From Histomonas meleagridis 2922-C6/04-290x (Eukaryota; Protista; Parabasalia): a stretch of 64,000 nucleotides of DNA. The translations under genes and the position numbers were made by a program. The stretch covers positions 372,001-436,000 of the forward strand of contig JAANOX010000083.1 in NCBI GenBank assembly GCA_020184695.1. Direction: 5' to 3'. Below are positions 11,546 to 22,084 of this stretch, piece after piece. Within the stretch, counting starts at the first letter, position 1, and each line of letters starts with the position of its first letter. The notes beneath the pieces are model-generated. The model searched no databases, was not told the DNA's origin, and was given only the letters and a program-made list of their open reading frames with translations.

Positions 11546-14158
11546 TTACATATCCTTAAATCTTTCCAAGAAATCCCTTTTATATTGTTCAAACTTTGAA
11601 GGCAACTTCATCTTTTCCACCATCTGCGGCAAGTTATTTTGCACGAACACCTGCAGCGTTTGCTTATGTATTGTCAACACTATCATCGCACACAAAGCCG
11701 AGATCTGCACCTGTATATCCATTTTCAGCAAGGTTGGGAAGTATGGTATTATATCCAAGTAATCACTTAAGTACAGATGCCTTCCCAAGTTATCGAACAG
11801 CAGCAATCCGCACTTGGCGAGTTCCTGGTTTGGCTGCACGAAGACCGTTTGTATGAACTCGTACAAAAAACCGCTTTCGCTCAATCTTTCAATGAACTCC
11901 AAATTATTTGCAGATATTCTTCTTATTGCAGTGACTATTGCTTGTACTGATTCCAATGGGCAATCTTCGATTACTTTCTTGAACATACCAATTAAATGAG
12001 TCATTTGTAATAATTTAAATCGCATTTCAGGATGTGAGAAAACAGATAAAAATATTTTCAGTTGTGAATTTGTATTTAAATTCTTTGGCTTTAACCAATC
12101 ATTGTTTTCGATGATGATCATGCAGCCTTTAGGCGAATCAGTAAGTTTACATATCAAACATAATGCTAATGGTTCCGTTCGTGCCGCTTTGATTAAACCT
12201 GCTAATAATCGTTTGCTGTTTGGGATAGTTGGCATTCGCGCAATGATTGACGTCGCTTCTTTAGGATATGTATTAAGTTGCCCAACGATAATTCCTAATG
12301 GAAGTTTGGAATAATCAAATGGTAAAATACATAACGATTGATATGCTATTTGAATCGCATCGGCATGATTACATTGAAATGCTTTCATGAAGACATCAGT
12401 AACAAAAGAATAATCAATTCCATTCTTTGCTATGTGATATAAAACATTTAAATATAACGCTGAATATTCTGATAATAAAAATGGATTACTATTAATGGTG
12501 TAGATTTCAACAATCTTACGAAAGTTGGGATTATTAACACACGTGTGATGAAATGATGACAATAAACATATAAATTTCTTCTCGTTGTTGGGTACATAAC
12601 GCATTAAATCATTGATGATGTCAAGTGGTATCGACCCGGGCATTACTTTGGAGATGCTAACTAATATTCGAAGATATGAATCAACAAATATTGATGACGT
12701 ACATTTCATAAAGCGAAACAAGTTATTGCTGATAAAATGGGGTACAAATAAAGAGTTGTCTCGTAATAGTTTGGATAAGTTATGGAATATTAATGAGATA
12801 ACTTGTTCTGATAACTTATGTTGAAGATTGGAAACAATTCGTTCAAAGAATTCTGGGGCTTGTTGAGCACTAATCCGTGAGACAATGGCTTTGAGTCCGG
12901 CCAAATATGTTGGTGATAATGGATTCATTAATACATCAAGTGATATATGATTCTTCTTGTAGATGTTGTCATGTGAACTAGCTGGAGCTATAAAGTTGAA
13001 CTGTGGTGGTTGGTACTTTTCTTGTTTTTCGGAAACATCAAGATCAAAAGGATGATGATCCTTTGATCTTTTGGAGGTAGATCGCCTTTCTTTGACAGGT
13101 CGTTTCTCTTTACTTGTTGAATGTCGTTCTTTACTTGGACGCCGTTCTTTGCTTGAATGACGCCGTTTTGAACTACTACTTTTTTGACTTGATGACTCAT
13201 CAGACGTCAGTTTGTCGACCGTTTTCTTTTCTTTGTCCAGAGTTTGAATGGTTTTCACAAAAGTGGCAATTTCAGAGAGGTTTGTTCCAGGAAAATAAGC
13301 ATTTTGTGTGGCAAATTCTTGGAAGACATCAAAAAATGTAGGTCGCTTAGTTGGGCTTTGTTCCCAACAAGCATCTATTAGGTTACTAAGACCTTCAGGT
13401 GCATCACTTGGGATTGCTGGCCTTTTTTGATTTTGACATACAGCAGTCATAATTTGATACGCACTCATACCTTCAAATGGAGTTTCTTCAGTAAGCATTT
13501 CCCACAACATAATACCAAATGCATAGACATCAACTTTAACATCATAATGTGAAGAATTAAACATTTCTGGTGCCATCCAATGTGGTGTGCCAATTGTGGA
13601 TGTAACAAGTTCGTTTTGTTCATTATGAAAACGAGAAATTCCAAAATCAATGACTTTTGGAAGACAGTTTGAATCTAGCAAAATGTTGAGGGATTTTAAG
13701 TCTCTATGAATAATTTTCATTGAGTGAAGAAAGCTCATTCCATGTGCTATACACATAGCAATTTTAGTTTTATCTGTACTGTCAAGAGTTGGTGAATTTG
13801 GTTTGTGCTTTAAAGCATCATATAAAGATCCTTGTTCAACATATTGCGTAACAATACAATATGGATACGTATCTGTATAACCCATTAAACCAATTAAATA
13901 AGGATCCTTACAAGAAGCCAAAATCATGACTTCTCGGACAAAATATGTTTTAGCACTTCCTTCTAGTTTTTTTGCTTTTAGAATTTTTAATGCAGTTCGA
14001 GTGTTTGTTGGAATATGAAGAGCCAGAAAAACTTCAGAATATGCACCACGACCAATAGATTTTATTTTTTGAAAGTCTGATAATGATACACGATAATTTG
14101 AAATAGGAGATAAAAGCTGAGGTAATGGGAGGTCTTTTGGCTCGAACAGCATTGCCAC
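11546..14158 (-). CDS. TKL-family protein kinase with Lys/Arg/Ser-rich linker and C-terminal ARM/HEAT-like region
   Basis: IGRGAYSEV, ALK, HRDLKSLN, DFG, GTPHWMAPE and DVYAFG motifs; HRDLKSLN is diagnostic of TKL kinases. Confidence 0.93.
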   Translation of the reverse strand: MAMLFEPKDLPLPQLLSPISNYRVSLSDFQKIKSIGRGAYSEVFLALHIPTNTRTALKILKAKKLEGSAKTYFVREVMILASCKDPYLIGLMGYTDTYPYCIVTQYVEQGSLYDALKHKPNSPTLDSTDKTKIAMCIAHGMSFLHSMKIIHRDLKSLNILLDSNCLPKVIDFGISRFHNEQNELVTSTIGTPHWMAPEMFNSSHYDVKVDVYAFGIMLWEMLTEETPFEGMSAYQIMTAVCQNQKRPAIPSDAPEGLSNLIDACWEQSPTKRPTFFDVFQEFATQNAYFPGTNLSEIATFVKTIQTLDKEKKTVDKLTSDESSSQKSSSSKRRHSSKERRPSKERHSTSKEKRPVKERRSTSKRSKDHHPFDLDVSEKQEKYQPPQFNFIAPASSHDNIYKKNHISLDVLMNPLSPTYLAGLKAIVSRISAQQAPEFFERIVSNLQHKLSEQVISLIFHNLSKLLRDNSLFVPHFISNNLFRFMKCTSSIFVDSYLRILVSISKVMPGSIPLDIINDLMRYVPNNEKKFICLLSSFHHTCVNNPNFRKIVEIYTINSNPFLLSEYSALYLNVLYHIAKNGIDYSFVTDVFMKAFQCNHADAIQIAYQSLCILPFDYSKLPLGIIVGQLNTYPKEATSIIARMPTIPNSKRLLAGLIKAARTEPLALCLICKLTDSPKGCMIIIENNDWLKPKNLNTNSQLKIFLSVFSHPEMRFKLLQMTHLIGMFKKVIEDCPLESVQAIVTAIRRISANNLEFIERLSESGFLYEFIQTVFVQPNQELAKCGLLLFDNLGRHLYLSDYLDIIPYFPTLLKMDIQVQISALCAMIVLTIHKQTLQVFVQNNLPQMVEKMKLPSKFEQYKRDFLERFKDM

Positions 14159-14702
14159 TTTTTAGAAAAGTTTTTTTGAAAAGATTTGAGGTTAACGATC
14201 ATTAGCCACACAAAAGTTTAGCGCGCGCAAAAATTTTCCGTTACCCTCAAAATTTCTGTAAAGTTGTTTTTGAATTTTCACATTATTTTATAAAGCTTTG
14301 AATTCATAATAAATTATATTTTATATAAAAACATTTTATTCCAGGAGACAAATAAAAAAATTATGATGTAATAATTATTAATTATTTAAAATAAACTTTG
14401 AAATTAATGCATAAACTATTACAACAAAAAACACTATATAGACATTGCTGCGAATCGCATAAAATGTTTAGAGCACAGGGTCCATAAAGCATTCAATACC
14501 TCACAAAAGTTTCAATTAATCCAATTTTCTCAACTTTTCATTCGTAAATAAATCATTCAATATTCAATTTTACACAAACACAGCCAAATATTTGATAAAA
14601 ACTGGAATCAATCGCTTATACGAAAAGTGCTTAGTATCCCTGTGTTTAGGCCCCTCCACAAAATCTGCTCAAATCATTAAACGGATTCTGGGTACGACCA
14701 AA

Positions 14703-17555
14703 ATGTCTGGAACAAATGAAATCCTTGCAAATTTAATTCTTCAAACAAAGGTTCCAGATAACAATGTTATACAGCAAGCTACTGTCCAATTAAATCAATT
14801 TATGGCTGCTCCAGATTCAATATTGCATTTTATTTCATTATTTGAGTCAACGACTGATGAAAATATGCAATACTCAGCATTAGTTTATGTTCTTATTTGC
14901 ATTAAAAAACACTTCTTTTCGCTTAATGAACAAGCACAATCACATGTCAATGCAAAATTAATTTCTTTTACGAATGCATCAATATCAGAAAGATGCCTTC
15001 TTCTACTCAGTCAAATTGTTTCGTTCATTTTTTCCAATAATAACAACAAAAACATGAATTTAATTTTATCCTCTTCAAATCAACAATTTACACTTTATGT
15101 AATTTCCGAATGCATTTACGATATACCAGATGAATTTTTCCAATCTAATTTCCAAGCTATTTTAACACTTGCTAATACTTTTCTTAATGATCCTCAAATT
15201 CGTTTTCTCGAAAACTTATCCAAAATATACATTAGGCTTGAATCCTTTGCACCAGATGCCTCTGTTTTCCAACCTATTTGCGCATTTCTTGTTCAATTAC
15301 TTCCTCAAGTTGAATCTCTTAATGATGAACAATTAGCTGCTTATTGGTATCTTTTTGATGATTTTGTAGCAGAATCATTACTTCCTCTTGAAGTTTTTCC
15401 ACAAGCGTTAGAAATCATTTCCAAATCTGAGAGAGGAATTATAGCCATCAAACTCTTTACCTCAGTTATTTATACACTTCCTAATGAACTATTTCAAGTT
15501 TTACTTAACACAGCCATCTCTGTTATCATTGGTGTTGTTTCACGTGAGAAATCGTTACCAACGGAATCACTTGAGTTTATATATGATGCGATTATTCAAC
15601 GTAATATTATTCAAGAGATAGTACCATTATTTAATACTCTTATTTCCGCTGGTAATGAAGATCATACAATTGTAGCTATTGGATTATTATATCCAATTCT
15701 TTCATCACAAGGCACATTAAAAGAATCGGAATCATCACTTTATATTAATACATTAATTAATGCTATACAATCAAATAATTATCATTTATTAGAAACAGCA
15801 TTATATGTACTTTCTAAATTAAATGATCGATCAAGTTCTATTACACAAGATATTATACCACTTATTAAAGTCATTTTACCACATTTAACATCTAATGATG
15901 ATTCTATATGTTATTTAGCATATAATGCGATTATTACATTATGTCAAGCATCAGACACAGATTTAATATCATTATTTCCTATTGTATGGTCATTACATAC
16001 GAACAATGCTATTAAAGAAACACAAATTAATTCATATATAACATTAATATCATCGATTATATCATCCACTGAAAATCTTGATGATGAAATTGTCGATAGT
16101 ATATTAGTTTGGCTTGATGAATTATATAATGAAAATAATCCAATAACAATACATGCATCAGCATTAAATATTATTACTGAGTTAATTATTAAAGATGAAA
16201 CACTTGTTGATTCTTTTTTACCACAAATTATACAAACGTTAAATCAAGGACTTAATAGTGAAAATGATGATGTTATACAAGATTGTCTTATGTTTTTACA
16301 AACATTTTCCAAAGCATTTAAAGAGAAATCAGTTCCAATTATTCAACAATTTTTACACTCACTTGAAAACCTTTTACATTGTCATCATAATCGACCTATG
16401 AGTCAAACAATGATGGTAACATCTTTTTATACAGGTTATAGTAAAGATATTACATTATTAATGCCATTATGTGAAATCATTGATAGTTTCTTAAATGATT
16501 TCGATTCACAAGAAAAACAAGATGATGGATGTCTTGCCATTACTTATTTATCACGAGTTTTAAGTACTTCTCCTTATTCTATAAAGTTCTTCCAAACAAT
16601 TATAGGAATTATAAGAAGAATTACTGAAATTGAGTTGCTTGAAACTGCTTTTAGATCATTAAAAGCATTATATAAAAGATGTCATCAATTTAATCCTCAA
16701 ATATTCATGGAAGAATCGATGAAATTCTTAAATGATTTGTTTGGAGGTAATATAACATTTTTAAATGGAGTTCCCCCTTATCAAGTACCAAAGTTTTCAT
16801 ATTTAATTGATTCTTTAATGGAATTTATTAGTTCTATTTTTATTTCTGGACAAACTAATATTGAACCAATCTGTGAATATTTACTTCAATGGTTACAAGT
16901 AGCAAATGAAGAAGAAATGTTTTCAATCATTGGTTCTTTATGTGATGCTGTTGAATATTGTAATATTGACTCAAGAATTACTATTAATATTTGTCAATTT
17001 ATTATTAAGTTTTCGAATATAATTAAAAATATCGACTTACAACAAAACATAGCTTATTTCATGTCTTTGATCTTAAAGAAATATCCACAAGAATTAGAAT
17101 TGGCTAAACAAATATTACCATTTATGATACAATGGTTTGAAAATGGTAAAAGTAAAGAAACTGGAACGCAAGAACTACTCGCAAACATTGCTTCGTTCTT
17201 CTTAGAATTCGCATGTTTAGATAATTCGTTCGATGAAAATTTGTTAATCGAAGCAATTAAAAAATTCCCTCCTTTCGATTTGGGTGAATCTGAAGCACAA
17301 TGTCGATCATTGTTAAGATTGACACAAAAAAATGTTTCCCAAAATGTTCAATTAAATATGGCTTTAAGTATTTCGAAATTAGTAACAGAGCCACCAACAA
17401 AATTGGCAAAAAGGAAAATTCCAAAGGATTTATATGATGCAATTTGTCAATTATTTAAACAAATGATGTGTATTCAAGAAATTGGGAATGGTATAATGTC
17501 TTTGTATGCAAGAAATAAGGCTAAAAAACAGGCTATTATGAAAATATTAAATTAA
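14703..17555 (+). CDS. Importin-beta/karyopherin-like HEAT-repeat protein (importin-4-like, divergent)
   Basis: Likely start MSGTNEIL at 14703. IBN_N-like N-terminus (PDNNVIQQATVQLNQF...) followed by all-helical HEAT-like repeats over about 950 aa. Confidence 0.75.
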   Translation: MSGTNEILANLILQTKVPDNNVIQQATVQLNQFMAAPDSILHFISLFESTTDENMQYSALVYVLICIKKHFFSLNEQAQSHVNAKLISFTNASISERCLLLLSQIVSFIFSNNNNKNMNLILSSSNQQFTLYVISECIYDIPDEFFQSNFQAILTLANTFLNDPQIRFLENLSKIYIRLESFAPDASVFQPICAFLVQLLPQVESLNDEQLAAYWYLFDDFVAESLLPLEVFPQALEIISKSERGIIAIKLFTSVIYTLPNELFQVLLNTAISVIIGVVSREKSLPTESLEFIYDAIIQRNIIQEIVPLFNTLISAGNEDHTIVAIGLLYPILSSQGTLKESESSLYINTLINAIQSNNYHLLETALYVLSKLNDRSSSITQDIIPLIKVILPHLTSNDDSICYLAYNAIITLCQASDTDLISLFPIVWSLHTNNAIKETQINSYITLISSIISSTENLDDEIVDSILVWLDELYNENNPITIHASALNIITELIIKDETLVDSFLPQIIQTLNQGLNSENDDVIQDCLMFLQTFSKAFKEKSVPIIQQFLHSLENLLHCHHNRPMSQTMMVTSFYTGYSKDITLLMPLCEIIDSFLNDFDSQEKQDDGCLAITYLSRVLSTSPYSIKFFQTIIGIIRRITEIELLETAFRSLKALYKRCHQFNPQIFMEESMKFLNDLFGGNITFLNGVPPYQVPKFSYLIDSLMEFISSIFISGQTNIEPICEYLLQWLQVANEEEMFSIIGSLCDAVEYCNIDSRITINICQFIIKFSNIIKNIDLQQNIAYFMSLILKKYPQELELAKQILPFMIQWFENGKSKETGTQELLANIASFFLEFACLDNSFDENLLIEAIKKFPPFDLGESEAQCRSLLRLTQKNVSQNVQLNMALSISKLVTEPPTKLAKRKIPKDLYDAICQLFKQMMCIQEIGNGIMSLYARNKAKKQAIMKILN

Positions 17556-18193
17556 TTTTTATAATATAATTTTTTTTTTTAAGATCGTAACAATGTATTT
17601 GGTCAAAGAAAAAATTTTGGGCCGACTTTTTGAGCCGGTGTAAAAAAGTGATTCTATGGTTTTGAATAATTTATGATGTAAAAAACTTTTTGATAGATTA
17701 TAATTCAATTGAGTTTGTTCAAATAAAATTTTTACCGTAAATTTTATTTCAAAAATTGGGAAAATAACATAGTCAATTACCCTATCGGTTGAATACTTCA
17801 CATTATTATCGCATTTTATCAATTTCTTTCTTGAGAATGTTAAAATTTGTAACTTTTTTAGTAAATCTTATTGACATGATACGCATGTGCTAAAATGCTT
17901 AGAATACATCATATTTGTTAAGTTAAATGAAAAAATTGAATTTTTAAAAAAGTGACTAACGGCGGTTTCGTTGGCGTAATAAACTTAAATGGTAAAAATT
18001 TCCATCATCTTCTTTAGCACCAATATTTTTTTGCTGATATTTAAGTTAATAGAAAAGTCCTTTTGTTCTCTATATTGATCCTAAAAAATAAAATCATAAG
18101 ATAGTCGACATTTTACAAAATTTTCTCCAAGAGGAAAATAACGCTTTTTGAGAATTAAACTCTCTAAACACAGTAAAACCGTTATTTTTAGTT

Positions 18194-18202
18194 AAAAGTG
18201 AC
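18194..18202 (+). promoter_or_regulatory. AAAAGTGAC (trichomonad M2-like upstream motif) just before the PAK start codon
   Basis: Exact motif ending 7 nt before the ATG at 18209. The same motif recurs at 3484, 3504, 4587, 11106(-), 17948, 49812(-) and 49842. AAAGTGAC is a reported over-represented Trichomonas upstream motif. Confidence 0.5.
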
Positions 18203-18208
18203 AATATT

Positions 18209-19540
18209 ATGAAGAAGGGACAAAAAGAATTAAATATTACCGAGCCATTAAGTGTAGAGCATATTGTTTCCGTGGAGGTTGATTCAAGAGGGAAGTTTCA
18301 CAATGTTCCTGAAGAACTTGCAAAATACATGCCACCAGGACGAGTTGCTGGTGTCGTCAAAAATCCAAAAGTTCCAATAACTTTAAGACCTGTAGCAAGG
18401 AAATTCGAAGGACCTTTACAAATTTCAGAACCACAAAGCTGTGAACATGAAGTTCATGTCTCAATCAATAGTGAAACTGGTCTTACAGGACTTCCTGAAT
18501 GGATGGAGCGCCAACTCCAAAATTCTGGAATTAACAAACAACAAGTTATGGCTCATCCAGGAGAAGTTATCCAAGTTATGAATTTCATGCAAGGGTCTTC
18601 TGAAGCAAAACCAAAATCACAACCACAAGCAAATCCAATTCCTCCAGTAAATCCAGAAGAATCCGAAGGTATTCCACAAATTGATCCGAAGACTCTACTA
18701 ACTGATATTGAACAGATCGGCTCTGGTGGCACTAGCACTGTTTTCCGTGCTAAGCTCAAGTCCAATGGCCAAGTAGTAGCTGTCAAAGCTATTGATTTAA
18801 GTCGAAACGAACGTTCGATTATTGAAAACGAAATTGAAGTTCAACGTGGCCTTAATAGTGAGAACATTGTTCAAATCTACAGAGTTGTTGAATCCAAGAA
18901 TTGGCTTTACATCATAATGGAATATGTTAATGGCGGAATGCTAACTGATGTTCTTACCATATGTAATCTTAGTGAAGCTAACATAGCGTACTTTGTCCAG
19001 AAAGTCCTTAAAGCACTCGTTGTCATCCACAGATCGCACAAAATTCACCGTGACATAAAAAGTGACAACATTCTTGTATCGTTAGAAGGTGATGTTAAAA
19101 TTGCAGACTTTGGTTATACAGCACAACTTAATAACAATAGTTCTAAAAGAAAGACTGTATGTGGCACACCATATTGGATGGCGCCAGAACTAATCCAAGG
19201 GTTCGAATATGATTATGAAGTCGATATTTGGTCGCTTGGAATTATGTGTATTGAAATGGCTGATGGAGCGCCACCATATATGGATGAACCGCCAATGAGA
19301 GCACTATATTTAATTGTGGTGAATGGCGTTTCGGGATGTGCAGATAAATCGCAGTGGTCACCACAATTTAATGACTTCTGTAGTAAGTGTTTAGAAAGAG
19401 ATCCATCAAAAAGACCATCAGCAGAGGAATTATTAAGACATCCATTCCTTTCAAAAGTTTCGACAAAGAAAGAAATAGCAGAAGTTATAAAGTTCGCAAT
19501 GACGGAAAAGAAGAAGAGAGACTCGGAAGAGCCGTTTTAA
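18209..19540 (+). CDS. STE20/PAK family kinase with two N-terminal CRIB motifs
   Basis: ITEPLSVEHIVSV and ISEPQSCEHEVHV CRIB-like motifs; kinase motifs IGSGG, VAVK, HRDIKSDN, DFG, GTPYWMAPE. Confidence 0.93.
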   Translation: MKKGQKELNITEPLSVEHIVSVEVDSRGKFHNVPEELAKYMPPGRVAGVVKNPKVPITLRPVARKFEGPLQISEPQSCEHEVHVSINSETGLTGLPEWMERQLQNSGINKQQVMAHPGEVIQVMNFMQGSSEAKPKSQPQANPIPPVNPEESEGIPQIDPKTLLTDIEQIGSGGTSTVFRAKLKSNGQVVAVKAIDLSRNERSIIENEIEVQRGLNSENIVQIYRVVESKNWLYIIMEYVNGGMLTDVLTICNLSEANIAYFVQKVLKALVVIHRSHKIHRDIKSDNILVSLEGDVKIADFGYTAQLNNNSSKRKTVCGTPYWMAPELIQGFEYDYEVDIWSLGIMCIEMADGAPPYMDEPPMRALYLIVVNGVSGCADKSQWSPQFNDFCSKCLERDPSKRPSAEELLRHPFLSKVSTKKEIAEVIKFAMTEKKKRDSEEPF

Positions 19541-19791
19541 TTGCTTTGTGAAGGATAAGTAAACTATTTTGAGACATTGATTTTATAAAATAAAAATTTT
19601 ATTTATTGAAAATTGCATAAGATTTAATCAATTTCCAAGCTCTTATTGTTAAAAAAATAAAGAAATTGTTTTCTTGAATGAAGGATAACACAAAGTAATT
19701 ACATTTTGATAATAAACGGTCGTGAATAAAGAAGACGTTTATTTTATGTGCCATTTTTGTAATGAAATTGAATTGGTTTGTTTGAAGTTCA

Positions 19792-20379
19792 ATGGGAGTA
19801 AGGGGATTGGGTTTCCTTAGCTCAAAAGATATTAACAACGATCCTACGCCATTCTTAAATCAATTCAGAGAAAACCTTTTTCAACTTGGGGCATTCGGAT
19901 TTGAAACATGGTGGTGCCGCACTTCTGTACAGAAGAGCAAATTTTCATCTGCAAGAAATAGTGATAAAGAAGTAAGGCTAATCACATTTTCGGATTCAAA
20001 CGAAATGATAGCTGTTTCTGGCAATAATATTTTGGTTTGCGATAACTCATTTAATTATATTCTTCAGGATTTAGGTTTCAATGGCCAAGTTTGTCCATAT
20101 AACATTGAAGGTGCTAACGCACAGCTCGGTGATTTCAAGATTCGATATGGCGTTTTTTATCAAAAAGAAAAACAACTCGGGATTTTAATTGATATAGAAT
20201 ATATGCCAATCGTATCTCTTTCATCTGATCTAACTCTGCTGTTTGAGAGTGCATTCCAAACATTAACCAAACTCCCATTAAAAATGTATTATCCCCAAAT
20301 TAGTGAAAATGCAAAATACACATTCAAAAACCTTGGAATTGATTATTTAAGGCTATTTAAAGATGTTCTGAATTCCTAA
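19792..20379 (+). CDS. MED20: Mediator subunit 20-like protein
   Basis: MGV...LFQLGA...LVCDNSF...IEGANAQLGDFKIRYG...GILIDIEYMP follows, in order, the MED20 motifs MGV...LGA...LIADTNF...IETRG..Y.DF.VKVG...GISVEVEYGP. Confidence 0.75.
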   Translation: MGVRGLGFLSSKDINNDPTPFLNQFRENLFQLGAFGFETWWCRTSVQKSKFSSARNSDKEVRLITFSDSNEMIAVSGNNILVCDNSFNYILQDLGFNGQVCPYNIEGANAQLGDFKIRYGVFYQKEKQLGILIDIEYMPIVSLSSDLTLLFESAFQTLTKLPLKMYYPQISENAKYTFKNLGIDYLRLFKDVLNS

Positions 20380-20630
20380 ATATTTTCTTATTTAGAATTT
20401 CTCTATATAATTTTAATTTTTCATATAAAATTATTATTATTTTTTTTCCTCTTTCAGATGTTCTGTGAAATAGTAACAGTAAAGAGAAAAAAAATTTATG
20501 AATAAAGATATCTTCTGCATTTTCGATGGGCGGGAACCTACGTTATAATATTATAATGACATTATGAGCCAAGTGATTTTGAATGTAAAACACGAATCCA
20601 AAGAGGACGTTAAAAAAAATTTGTTTTTGG

Positions 20631-21749
20631 ATGGAACCAATCTTTTTATCGAATTTTAATATTCTAGGCAAAAGTATCTCATCAATTTCGTTCCACCCAA
20701 AACGCAAGCAAATTTTAATATCATCTAGATCAAGTGGAATTTTTCTCTATACTATTGGAAGACAAAGTCGTCCATTTATATTTGAAGAAACTTTTTCTCC
20801 AATTCGTTCTACTTTTTCCCCTGATGGAAGTTTGATCTATGGAGCCTCAACTGAAGGAAAAATTGGCCTTTGGCGTATGCATAATTCCAATCGATCAATT
20901 GTTAAAATGGCACATCAATCAAAGATAAACGACATGGATAAATGGAATGAAAATGGTTATTTAATCACATGTTCAAACGATAAAAGTATTAAAATATGGA
21001 ATTCAAAATTAGATTTTCTCACATCAATTTCATCGCATAACAGTCATGTTACTACATGCCGCTGTAACCAGCGGGCAGATATTATAATATCAGGAGAAGA
21101 AAATGGAACTGTTAATCTTTGGGACGTACATGATACAAAATCTTCGATTTGGTCTCAATCATTTTGTATTAAATCACGTAACTCAATCTCTAGTGTTGAT
21201 TTTGATAGTACTGGTACATTATTTTGTGTTTCAACACATGATGGTGAACTTTCTGTTTGGGATATTCGTTCACTTGATGACTCTCCTAAAGTTATTCAAA
21301 AATATGATGTTAAATCATCTTGTGCAAGATTTCAACCAAAAAATCCTTTTATCCTTACAATTGGAAGTGATAACATTCCATGTATTTATGATTTACGTGC
21401 AAAATCACTTTTATATAGCTTTGAAGGTCATAAAAGAGTATGCTGCGCATGTGGATGGTCTGTTGATGGGGAAATGTTTGCTACAGCTGATATTGATGGA
21501 GTAGTTCTACTATGGGAAATGCCAAAAAAGAAAAAAAAGAATCCTTTCGAAACATTCGAAATAACGTCAGTTGAACCTTATCATCCACCTGAAATTAATT
21601 TAACTCCTGAATTGTTAATGTCTCAATTGGATTTAATCACAAAAATAGCAAATAAACTAAATGAGAAACTTGATGAACAGGAAAAAAGAATAGCAAAGTT
21701 AGCAGAAAGTTATCCAGAAATTGGTGGATTTGAGTATTATGATTGTTGA
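20631..21749 (+). CDS. POC1: POC1-like WD40 centriolar protein
   Basis: About seven WD40 repeats plus a C-terminal coiled coil (LMSQLDLITKIANKLNEKLDEQEKRI) resembling the Poc1 domain. Confidence 0.7.
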   Translation: MEPIFLSNFNILGKSISSISFHPKRKQILISSRSSGIFLYTIGRQSRPFIFEETFSPIRSTFSPDGSLIYGASTEGKIGLWRMHNSNRSIVKMAHQSKINDMDKWNENGYLITCSNDKSIKIWNSKLDFLTSISSHNSHVTTCRCNQRADIIISGEENGTVNLWDVHDTKSSIWSQSFCIKSRNSISSVDFDSTGTLFCVSTHDGELSVWDIRSLDDSPKVIQKYDVKSSCARFQPKNPFILTIGSDNIPCIYDLRAKSLLYSFEGHKRVCCACGWSVDGEMFATADIDGVVLLWEMPKKKKKNPFETFEITSVEPYHPPEINLTPELLMSQLDLITKIANKLNEKLDEQEKRIAKLAESYPEIGGFEYYDC

Positions 21750-22084
21750 ATATAAAAAAATGTTTATTATGTAAATGTAAAGATAACATTTTTTTTTTAA
21801 ATTTGATATAAAAATGTTTTTATGCACAACTTATTTTGAAGAGTACATCAGAGCTATATGAAGGTATTGTAAAAATATTGGTAAAATAGTCTATTGATAT
21901 TACCTGAATATTAATTTATATGCTTTTTTTAGTGTAAAATGATAAATGATGATATCATTTATTGCCTTGATGGTGATATTTCATTTAAAATAGATATTCT
22001 TTAATGAGATTGGATCATAACAATTTGAAATTCAAATTTATGCGAAACATGAAGAATAATGAAATTTCAGAAAAAAAAAAATAA

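Noticed and set aside
17559-17822. 87-aa minus-strand ORF
   Set aside because: Low-complexity AT-rich intergenic sequence with no coding signal.
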